In this document: positions 27,949 through 39,933 of the stretch, piece by piece
How the letters are laid out: every line of letters starts with the position of its first letter
Numbering within the stretch: position 1 is the stretch's first letter
Source: Adineta vaga
Taxonomy: Eukaryota > Animalia > Rotifera
Reading direction: 5' to 3'
Length of the DNA stretch: 64,000 nucleotides
NCBI GenBank assembly: GCA_021613535.1
Contig: CP075495.1
Location: 6,696,001 to 6,760,000, forward strand
Program-made: the position numbers and the translations under genes
Notes under the pieces: model-generated
The model's database searches: none
Told to the model about the DNA's origin: nothing
Seen by the model: only the letters and a program-made list of their open reading frames with translations

Positions 27949-28720
27949 TGTATTTGCTCACCGGTGCTCGATAGATAGATTTCGAAGTGACAAATCGAAA
28001 ATTCTAAAATCAAAATAAGAAAAAGAAATAATCAAATTCTCAGCATGATACTACTAATCTCACAGAAAAAAGAAAGACAGATTTATTAGCAATCAACCAT
28101 CATGCTGTTCTAGTTAGAGAAAAAACAAAACTCCTATTAGTTTATTTTTTGAGAAAATAAAATTGCTAATCATGATAATGTCTTTGTGTTTTCTTCTATT
28201 GACTTAAGATTCTATTTTATAAGACTGATATGATAGTTATTTTACGATCAAGAAAAAAAAACTCTGACGAGAGAGAGAGAGAAAAAATAATATTTTCTTC
28301 GTCGACCTAATAATAATGTATAGGAAAATAAAAAAACGCGATCGATCTATCTCATTGGAATTAAAACGATAACGAATAGGATGTATGATTCATGTTTGTC
28401 TTAGTCTTTCGGTCAAGTGGTTAAGCGGTGAACGAAACATAACATAACATGGCTTATGTCGCTATGTTGATTGTGAGTATGCGTATATATATACATATAT
28501 ATATATATCGATTTGTAAATAAAATATCACAGTAGATGTCACTAATTATCGATGATAAAAGTCAGAACAATATATAAATACACGCAGAATAAAGTGAAAA
28601 GAAAAAAAACGAATTTTTCATTGAACATGTGACAGAAAAGAAAAACAAATATGAATATTTCTGAAAACTAAGTATATTTATAAAATATAATAAAAAATGA
28701 ATAATGTCAGAGAAACAAAA

Positions 28721-31700
28721 TTAACAAAGACGAAGAAGAATTCTTAAACTGTCAGTACCATTATTTGCAACTGCAACATCCGATTTTCCATCATTATTAA
28801 AATCACCGATCACAGCGGAAAATGGATGAGATCCATAATTCATTGGGAATAGAATTATATTACCAAATGTACCATCACCATATCCAAGAAATATACCTAG
28901 TTTGTTATTATCATAATTAACAATAGCAATATCTACTATTAAATCGTCGTTGAAATAACCAATAGCTACAAAAGAAGGAGATGAAGAGGAACCCGTTGAA
29001 TATTTTGTTATATTTGTAAATAATTGACTATCATTTCCAAGAAGTACACTGATATCATCGGAACCGTAGTTAGCACTAACAATATCAAGTCGACCATCAT
29101 CATTGAAATCACTAGCTGCTATAGAATATGGTTTGGAACTCAAACCGGTTGAATATGTTATTTGGTCTGCAAAAGAAATATTACCATTTCCAAAAAATAT
29201 ACCAATATTATTAGTGCCCGAATTTGCTACTGCAATATCATTTTTACCATCATTGTTAAAGTCGCTAATAATGATCGATCGTGATCGTGAGTTTTCCCCA
29301 GTTAAAAGTGTCGTGTATTTTTCAAATACTTCATTACGACAACCAAATATTATAACAACAGTCTGATCACCTACATTAGCAATAATAATATCTAGTTGAT
29401 CATCACCATTGATATCTGCAACAGCTAAATATTGTGGATTAGAACCCGTTGAATAGGAAACTGGATCTTCGAAAGAACTATTGCCATATCCAAGATATAC
29501 ACTTACACTGTTGCTACCAAAATTGCCGACCACAATATCCAGTCGAGAGTCATTGTTGAAGTCACCCGTAGCCACAATTGATGGGAAAATACCTGCTGAA
29601 TAATATCGTTCGTATGTAAAAGTACCGTCGCCAAGTCCAAAAAGAATATTTATTTTCCTATTACCATAACTAGTGACAACAAGATCTTTTATCTGATCAT
29701 TATTCAAATCAGCAATCGCAAAGCTAGATGGTCTTGGGTCAGTTTCAGATGTTACTGGTGATTCAAATGAACCATCACCATTTCCAAGAAGAACGCTTAT
29801 AGTAGCAGCTAATACATTACTAACTAGAATATCCAGCACAAGATCATCATTAATATCTGTTACTGCGACAAAATACGGAGTTCTACCACTTGGATATGTA
29901 ATATGATTTGCGAATGTGCCGTCACCGTAGCCAATTAATACACTTACAGTACCACTATTAATATTAGTAACAACTAGATCCAATCGTGTATCATGATTAA
30001 GATCACCGATAGCTACACAACTTGGACCAGAATCCGTTGAATACAAGGAGTGATTTGCAAAGGAACCGTTACCAAACCCTAAAAATATGCTGACACTTCT
30101 GTTACCAGTATTAACGACGACTAGATCCAATCGAGAATCATTGTTGAAATCACCCATAGCTACATAGTTTGGTAGAGCACCAGTTGGATATGTTTTTGGA
30201 TCTGCAAAAGAACCATTACCAAATCCAAGAAAAATGCTCACATCTTGAGAATCAGTATTGACAACAACCATATCAATATGACTATCATTATTAAAATCAC
30301 CGAGAACTAGACCGTATGGACGTGTACCAGCTAGATAAGCCGTTTTATTCGTGAAAGATCCAGTATTACGAGTAATGAAAATATCGATACTATCGCTATC
30401 ATCGTATGCAGCAACAACTTCTGATTTTCCATCATAATTAAGATCACCAGAAGAGATGATAAACGCAGGATACATAAAAGCAGTTTGGCGGATTGCTTGA
30501 CTAGTATATAATCCTTGACCATTCCCTAGCAACATTCCAATTTGTTTAGTACCATATGTGGCTACACCAATATCTAAATGACTATCACCATTAAAATCAC
30601 CAATACTAATAGATGACGGCTGTGAGTTTGAGTCCATATCGATCATCATTTGACTTCTAAAATCACCTGTACCCATACTAAAGAGAATACCTACATTATC
30701 TGTACCAAAATTAGCAACAACAATATCAAGTAAAGTATCATTATTCATATCAGCAATGGCAATAAATTGTAATCGAGAACCACCACCAGATGCGTAAGTC
30801 GTTCTATTCATAAGTGCTCCTCTATTATATTGAAATAGTATTTTTACCGAAGCAGTATCATTGTCTGATACAATAATATCCAATCGACCATCGTTATTTA
30901 AATCAGCAACACTAGTAGACAGTGTTCTAGCATTTGTATAATATGATGCACCGTTCTCAAATGAGCCATTACCATATCCGAATAGAGCATATACATTTAG
31001 TGAACCTTGAGTAGCTATAATAACATCAAGTTTAGTGTCATTATTAAGATCATCAATAGCCAAACATATTGGATAGGTACCAGTTCCATATGTAACTTGC
31101 GAAGCAAAGGAACCATTGCCATATCCAAGAAAAATGCCAATATTATTTTTCGCAAAATTAGCAGTGGCGATGTCTAGTCGACCGTCATTGTTTAAATCAC
31201 TAAGAACCATAAAATATGGGGCTGCTGCAGGTAAACGTATCGTTTGATTATTAAAAGCGCCATTGCCATATCCAAGAAAGACGATAATCTCACTAGCATA
31301 ATAATTTGCAACAATGATATCGAGTTGTGCGTCGCTATTGCAATCACCAATAGCTACAGATCGCGGTTGAGAACCAGTTGAATATTTAACTGGTTTATCA
31401 AATGAACCATCAGAATATCCAAGAAATATGTAGATATCATTACTTCCATAATTGACAACAACCAAGTCTTGATGCGTATCGTTATTTAAATCGTTGATAG
31501 CCACTTGTACTGGATTAATACCAGTCGCATAGTTAACCTGATCTTGAAAAGAACCATTGCCATATCCAAGAAAAACGCTAAGGTTATTGCTAACATAATT
31601 GACAACAACTATATCTTGATAATTATCATTGTTTAAATCACTGATCGCTACATGTATTGGCCTACTTCCAGTTGAATAGGTATTAGGATACCGATAATTG

Positions 31701-33484
31701 CCATTACTATATCCCATAAGCACCATCATATTATTACTAACATAATTAACAACAACTATATCCTTTTGACCATCATTGTCGAAATCACCAATAGCCACAA
31801 ATCGTGGCGCAGAACCAACTGAAACTCCTGATGGAGTTGTAAATCCTTCGAAATAACCTGTTAGAACATCTATACTACCAGTGTCATTATTAACAATAAT
31901 AACATCCAATCGATTATCTTTGTTCAAATCAGTAATAGCAAATGAGACTGATGATGAAGATCCCGATGAATTCATACTTGGTTCTGTAAACTCACCGTCT
32001 TTATTTCCAAGAAATAAACCTATATTTTGAAGGCCAATATTAATAAAAAATAAATCCGTGTGATTATCACCATTAAAATCACCAGCACCAATCGCATAGG
32101 GAGAGCCACTGGCGATAAAATAATCGTATTCAGACGTTAGAGTGCCATCACCTTGATTAAGAAATATTTTTATCGTATTTGTTCCATAATTTGTAACGGC
32201 GACATCGAGTGATATATCACCATTAAAATCGCCAACAGCTACTGAAGTTGGATGAGATCCAATGCCAGTTGAAAAAGTGATCTGTTCATCAAAAGTTCCA
32301 TTACGATTTGCAAGAAATAGACCAATATTATCAGTACCATAATTCGCGACGATAATATCTAAGTAGGTATCATTATTAAAATCTGCAACCGCCAATGAAT
32401 ATGGTAAAGAATCATAGCCTGTGAAATATGTTATCGGTTGAGAAAACATTCTATTTCCATATCCGTATAATACACTTATACTATGAGTACCAACATTAGT
32501 GGTAACAATATCAAGAAATGTGTCATTATTAAAATCAGCTAAACTAATGAATGTTGGACGTGACGAATATGTTGATAGTTGCTGTTGATTATCGAAAGAA
32601 CCATTGCCAAATCCAAAAAATAAACCAATATTATTCGTACCAAAATTTGCCACTACGATATCTAATTTTGAATCATTATCAAGATCATCAATAGCAACCA
32701 TACTAGGATTAGAACGAAGACCAGTTGAATATTCCATTTGCTTTGAAAAAGTGCCCGTGCCACTTCCAAAATAAATACCTATTCTATTGACCATAGAATT
32801 GGCAATAACCATATCCGCCCACGTGTCATTGTTCAAATCTCCGACAGCAACAGATCGTGGATCATAATTGTATTCGATTGGATCTTTAGCTGTTGGTGTA
32901 AAACCTAACTCACATTTTGATGCTAAACAAGAAAACAAAGTGATATGAAGGCCATTGTATCTACTTTGATTAATAACTTAGTTAAAATAATTTAAGTCTG
33001 ACACGCAAATACAATAATATCTCCTTTGCATTCTTCTTAAGCGATCTTAAGACAGTTGTTGATCACTGCTTTATATGATTGCAATAGATGTTTACATTTT
33101 TCTTATTTGCTCCAATATTATCTAATTATATCAATTACAGCTAATAGAAAAAGGCATACTTTTTGGTTTTGGTACTGTAACACAAACAATCACTATGCCG
33201 ATTGCCATTAGGATACACATAAATATAATAGCCAAAATTACACGAATCATTGAACTCGATATTATAAAACAAATACATCTTCTAAACAATATAACACAAT
33301 TACTTTTTGTAATTGAAGTGAGAGAAAATAAGACATACACATTCCATGGAGGTGTTGGTGCTAGTTCCGTGACTACGTTCTTCGCATTCGATGCTGATTC
33401 TGACTTTATTTCAAGATCGAAAGGAGATTCTTGGTGATTACTTACTATTTCGACTAGTTCATTACTATTGTTGATAAAATCCAT
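28721..33484 (-). CDS. Giant FG-GAP/VCBS repeat type II membrane protein (~1500 aa)
   Basis: Two short N-terminal exons encoding a TM helix (ORF 33131-33484) splice to a ~4.2-kb exon with more than 20 repeats of the form VAxGDFNNDxxLDIVVxNxGSxxxSVLLGxGxGxF. Confidence 0.9.
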
Positions 33485-35334
33485 TTCAATCTAAATAGAG
33501 ATATCATCTAATTTGAGAAACTAGTCACTACTTGATCATATCGATCAGTAACTGTTACATGTGCCTATCTATTTACATCTGGAAACATACAGGAGTATAT
33601 TCTGTATATAGAGCCTATCCAATTTATTAGACATCTTTGAATCATTGAGTGGAATGATTAGTTAAACTTATATACAACACATGTCACTGAAACGGTAATT
33701 GACGAGATCAATTATCGTCACTATTGAATAGCGCTACACTAATCTAAATCATACATTTCAGTTCCTCATGATATTTTCTATTACATACCTTATTTGCATT
33801 GGTTTTCATTGTTAACTTGTATCCTTCTATTCGCTGACGATGAATAGAAAAATGTTGAACTTGTTAATGAGTGCTTTCTGTGTTCAAAACATTATTGTCA
33901 ACTATTGCATATGAAAAATAAAGAGAAAATATACTGATAGCTTCACAAATTGATTCGATGATTCAAATTTCATGTATTAATGAATAATATACAGATTTAT
34001 CCATAGAATTATTTTGGAAAAAGAAATAATTACTAATTTGATTTTATTAAACCATATCTCATTTAATAGATAATTATCATAGTATATTCCTTTCTTTTTT
34101 TGTACAGCGACTGATACATCGTAGACTAGAAAACTTGTATGTATGAGATTCATTATAAGTCATACGAATATCATCGTGATCTATTGATCACGGCTAGATC
34201 AGAGTTCTATCACTGGTACTTCATTATCTCAGGGCGAAAGAAAAACGCCGTCAGAAAGTTTATACAGAAATAATATGCTACAAAAAGATATAAATTAAAA
34301 TATATTTTGTAAATCTTGATTATTGTACAATTGAATTTTATCGAGTATCATATATCTTTCCTTTTTTTATACGTTCCTAATTTCCGATTGTAATATCTGA
34401 ATTGTAAGAACAAGATAACAAGTTTTATAAAGAATCCGCCCTCTCTCTGCTAACGCCTAACAATTAACACGTCTCATTCAAATATCCTATCACTAATATA
34501 AATCATATGATAAAATTTACCTTTAGAAAAAAACGTTCGCAACGATTAATGTATACGAATGAAAAGATTGACTAACTATAAATATTATAGAAAGTTAAAA
34601 AATAATGACGACGTATATATTTTTTTGTACCTTTACATTTCACTAGTGTCATCCTCTTCGTTTCATTTTGTCCAAATGATAATGAAAGTACATGCATGAC
34701 ATGATATATCTTGACAGTATCGACAATAAACTGTCACAAAATTAACTAATGCTTTTGGCGTCACATTTTACCTTTCCTATTCAACATAACCAAAGGTGGA
34801 TAAATATTTCGATTACAATCCGAAAAACAAAATAACGAATAACACGGGAGAAAAACTAATATTATTAATGAATTTTTTTATTTCGTATACGTAAAGTATA
34901 AAAGAACTATACGTAATAAAATGGTCAATTATTTTCATTGATTGAAATTACATCAGAACCTTTTTTTTATATTATGTTAAGTAAACAAACATTAACTAAT
35001 CATCGTTGAAAGTCTATCTGATCTTGATTTAGAAAAGAGAAATACTAATTTCTTGTTTTCTAAATGATGAATAAGAGATAGACAAGTACATAAATGGTGA
35101 TAATCATTATAAATATATTGATAGATCATGAAGACATTATATCGTCGAAAAACAAAAACAAATTTTCGTCTTTCAATACAAATAGGGAACGTCAATTTAA
35201 GATCAATATTCATATTATTTCACCATATTGATCAAATTTAAGCTACGAACAAAAAACACAAACTTATATACACTAACGAAGCAATTTCGTTGAAGATTAA
35301 TCTTTATAAAAGCACATAAGAACAAATCAAGTAA

Positions 35335-35745
35335 TCAACATCGTATTTCTGACCATGATGGGTCTAGTATTGTTCCAGTAATAGAATAACATGAATTGAG
35401 TAATCCATTTGGAACCTCTACGATGAATATGGATCGATATGTCGCAATAAAAGTCAATGCTTTACATTCTAATTGAGACCAAATAATATCATATGGTATA
35501 TTTAAAGTAGAACATTGAACAACTGGAAATAAACCTGTATCGGATCGATGAATTTGAAGTCCATAACTAAATGTTTGTGCTTCAAGATAACATTTTGCTA
35601 AAAATCCACCTCGATTACAGATACGAACATAACCACCAATTGATATAGTAATATCTAAATAATAATAAATTTATTTAATAAAATCTTGTTTTATACATTT
35701 ACTGATAAAGAAAAGTAGACTAATGATGAGATAATATTTCAACAT
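35335..35745 (-). CDS. Secreted 120-aa protein resembling the stand-alone C-terminal domain 4 of thiol-activated (cholesterol-dependent) cytolysins
   Basis: Exon 1 35745-35703, a 48-nt GT-AG intron, exon 2 35654-35335. Product: MLKYYLIISLLFFINITISIGGYVRICNRGGFLAKCYLEAQTFSYGLQIHRSDTGLFPVVQCSTLNIPYDIIWSQLECKALTFIATYRSIFIVEVPNGLLNSCYSITGTILDPSWSEIRC. Not in the ORF track. Confidence 0.75.
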
Positions 35746-36224
35746 GTTTGAAGAGTAAATTTGATGAGAAATGAAATAGAGATTTTTGTTCGCACAATTG
35801 TTCTTTTAACGTATGTATTTGATTACAAAGTAACAGATGATGATGATGATCGACATCAAAATACAAATTTCATATCAGTTGTGCATTGTAACCTTCGAAG
35901 AGAGTTCATGTACAATGTGTAGAGTTATGTGAAAGTTAAAAATAATCTCGACTCAGTTAACATCCAAGTTTTACTTCGAAATAAACAAAATTAGATAAGA
36001 GCTGTATTGAAACTGTTCTTTTTCTTTTACTGTTATTAATGCGAATGACTCATTCTATCGACATAACGTTGTATTTTTGTTGTCATAAATACACACACGT
36101 TTCATTCTTCTTGTGAAATAATAAATGCAAGGTTGTATCAAACTTATTCCAACGATTTCTTTTGCATTTTACATAATGAAAATGTAATTCACCTACTTTA
36201 ATCATTGTAATAGACAATTCGTTC

Positions 36225-37803
36225 ATGACAACAGAAGAGCCGACTTCTGCAATAACGTCTGCTGATATATTAACTTGTATAAAAGTTCTTTCAAAATTTC
36301 AAGCGAATAATGGCTATCCATCAATAACATCTAGTGAATATGATCTTGTTCGACCATTCATCCAAAGTCTATATCATATGGATCAACGAATTTTTCGAAA
36401 GAAAAATAAAGATGATCGTCGACAAATTCGTCAGCAAGATCAAACGGCAAAAAATACCTGTTTACTTCGATCAGGTCGAGCTCAAACAATTGAACAACTC
36501 CAATTAAAAGATCTTCTCGTACCTGATGGTGTCGTACAAATTGAAAATCATGCCATACCTTCGGATTCTACTCAAGAATTAGTACAATTATCTTCATGTT
36601 ATATTTGTAAACTTAAATATCGGACACTTCATTTTTTCTATGATAGACTTTGTCCGACATGTGCCGCATTTAATTACCAAAAACGTTTACAAACAACTGA
36701 TCTTTCGAATCATATTGCATTAGTAACAGGTGGTAGAGTAAAAATTGGTTATCGAATTGTTTTAAAATTATTACGTTCAAATTGTTTTGTCATTGGTACG
36801 AGCCGTTTTCCGATGGACTTTTTAAATCGTTTAAATAAAGAACAAGATTTCGAACAATGGAAAGATCGTATCCATATCTATGGTGTTGATTTTCGATATT
36901 CACAACTAGTAGAATGTTTTACTGAAATGTTAATTGAAAAATATGATCGATTAGATTTTTTAATAAATAATGCTTGTCAAACAATTCAACGATCAAAAGA
37001 TTATTATCAATATCTATATAAAAATGAAAGATTAATTAATTATTCATTACTATCAAATGATGAACAGAATATTCTTGAAGGAAATTTACAATTCTATCAA
37101 CGATTTCGACCATTCTCTAATCGAATATCAGATATATCTAATCCATTAGCTTTATCTGCTTCGAATGAAATTATTGAATATGCATCATCAACAAAATTTG
37201 ATGTGAATCATCAACCAATTGATCTTCGTCCAACAAATTCTTGGTTATTACGTCTCGGAGATTTATCAAGCAATGAAATCAATGAAGTTCTTACAATCAA
37301 TACTCTAGCACCATTCATTCTTAATAGTAAATTAAAAGTTTTAATGGCTGATCGACATCCGAACCCAAATGAAATGAAATTTATAATCAATGTTTCAGCA
37401 ATGGAAGGTTCATTTTCTCGTTTGCATAAAACTGATCGACATCCACATACGAATGCTGCTAAAGCAGCATTAAATATGATGACACGAACATCTGCGATGG
37501 ATTATAAACGATCAAATATTTACATGGTTTCCGTTGATACTGGTACGTTTCATTTCAAGAAATGATTAATGTAAAATATTGTTTGATATGTTCCTAGGTT
37601 GGATTAATGATGAAGATCCTCCGGAAAAGGCAATGAAAAAAATGATTGAAAAAGATTTTCAAACTCCACTTGATGAAGAAGATGCTGCTGCTCGTATTCT
37701 TGATCCAATTATTCATACTTACCAACAAATAGCTGAAGGCAAAACTGATCTTCAAATAGTCTATGGATGTTTATTAAAAGATTATCAAATATGTAATTGG
37801 TAA
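36225..37803 (+). CDS. Atypical SDR oxidoreductase with an N-terminal zinc ribbon (microbial-type family)
   Basis: CYICK...HFFYDRLCPTC, ALVTGGRVKIG, LINNACQT, NVSAMEG, HPHTNAAKAALNMMTRTS and VDTG|WI. Single intron 37543-37597. Confidence 0.85.
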
Positions 37804-38252
37804 TTAGAAGAGAAAATTATTTTCTTGAGAAATAAAGTTTGTCACTGTATATTTTTGAGTAATCCATTCTACGTAAAATACGAATCGAAAAGAAAAGAAA
37901 AACGAGATTAAAATAAGCAGCAGAAGAGAAAAAAGACGACGAAAGATAATTCACATTAGAGTTTTGTCTACTTTGCCAATAAAATGCATTTGAAAAAAGG
38001 AAAAAGAGAATGAAACAAAACATCATTGTATTCAAAATACTTCTAACCATTTTTTTGTATATAAGTATGTTTCGTAATACAAAATCGTTGTCGAAGACTA
38101 TTATCATGAGCTAATTAATGTGGAGAGAGAAAAAAAAATGGAGAAGACAATGGAAAAAAGAAAGAAAAAGGCATAGATCGTTTAACTTTCTATATATATC
38201 TATATAAATGAGATTTTTTTCTTCATAAATGATTGTCTGATTGAATTTAAAT

Positions 38253-39873
38253 CTATTTTCCACTCCAGGCCATAATTACTTTGCTAAAACCAACAAATAC
38301 ACCTTTATTTGGTTTACTAAAAGAATAAAAAGAAGAAATTAGCACTTTCTTTATTGGTTAAAATTCTTCGAGGTTTACCATTGAAATAAACGTTGTCCTT
38401 GATAAACACCATCATGTTTACTCTCTAGAAAAAAGAAACTTTTACATTTATGAAGACTGAAAGAATTGTCATTATATTTTTCTTCGAACCTTCATCTTCT
38501 AATTCTAAGCCAAGATATTGATCACTTTTGTCTGGTATAGGTCCAATATATTTGACAATACCTTTACTAATTTTACCACCTGGTCGAGAAAATTTCACCA
38601 GATCATTGACATGAATATCAGTAATAGATGATGGAGCATAAGGACGTTTCGGACTAGAATAAGAAAATAAAATTCTCAATTAAGTTTTTATTATTTTGTT
38701 AATCAAATTTACCTAGCTGTTTCGACACTTGGCTGACGATTGCGACCATGATGACGATCTATATTCATTGAATAGACAAATATGTACAGTCGAAAAACTA
38801 AAATCAAACTATATTTACGAACCATCATGTTGCATATCATCAGCATCGTCATTGTTTACATGTCTATTTGACATATGATAAGTATTTGAACGACGTGAAT
38901 GATGATCAGATTCAGGTAATGTAGCACTTCGATTCAGACTATAATTCTGTTGATATAGAGTAGGCGAGGATGATGCAATTGGTGGAGACATATAATCGTT
39001 GGCTCTATCGGGTGATCGTTGTCTTGGTAAACGATGTTGATTTTCATAAGATCCAAGATCTAATTTTTCGAAAAAAGAAGAGTATTTGACAGAATTTTCT
39101 TATGAATAAGTTATTTACCTCGGCGTTGCGATCCTAAGTATAAAAGACAGAAAAGGAATGTAAATATGAATAGAAAATATATGGTGCAAAACTGAACTAG
39201 GTGTATAACTACAATAATTATACGTATAGACATCGAAAGGGAAAGGAGAAGAAGCATTGATCGATGCATGTTCCGAGAAAAGTGTGAACAAATATATATA
39301 TACATATGTTTTTACCGGTATAAGGCACTAATGCATATTTAAGAGAATCTATAGACACAAAACATGGTTAAACGATGGATTAGTTATGTGTTAGCAATAC
39401 ACATCGTGAAATAAAACTTGTTCTGGTTAGAAATTTACCTTCATTTTGTTGAATATTTTCTTCGTCCCATTCAACTGATCGTTTGGATTTGGATGAGCGA
39501 TAGTTTGCTTGTGGTTCGATTGATTTTGAAAATGAATTTGGATAATTATTTCGGTTGAATTCATCTTGAACATTTGTTGAATTATATTTGGATGATGGAT
39601 GACGATTGATTCCATCCATTTTTGTTGAACGATGTATTGCTGATGTTGGCCGATTATGATATCGTTCAACAGTAACAGATGTTAAGTAATTAGTTGAATC
39701 ACTTCCTTCAGACATATTTGGACTTTCAGTTCGACCTAAGAAAACAAAACAAAAAAATCAAGATAATAAAATGATATTCGATGAAAGATCTTACCCTTCG
39801 GACGTTCACGTCTTGAGTCTATATGAGGCACTTTTGATGGTGATGGAGGTGGTCCATTGTCATTATGTGATCC

Positions 39874-39933
<60 letters not shown>

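Noticed and set aside
28405-28475. GGTCAAGTGGTTAAG resembles a tRNA D-arm/A-box
   Set aside because: No GTTCRA T-loop and no acceptor stem pairing downstream.
28721-32938. Regularly spaced repeats as a CRISPR array or satellite
   Set aside because: They are degenerate protein-level FG-GAP repeats within one open frame.
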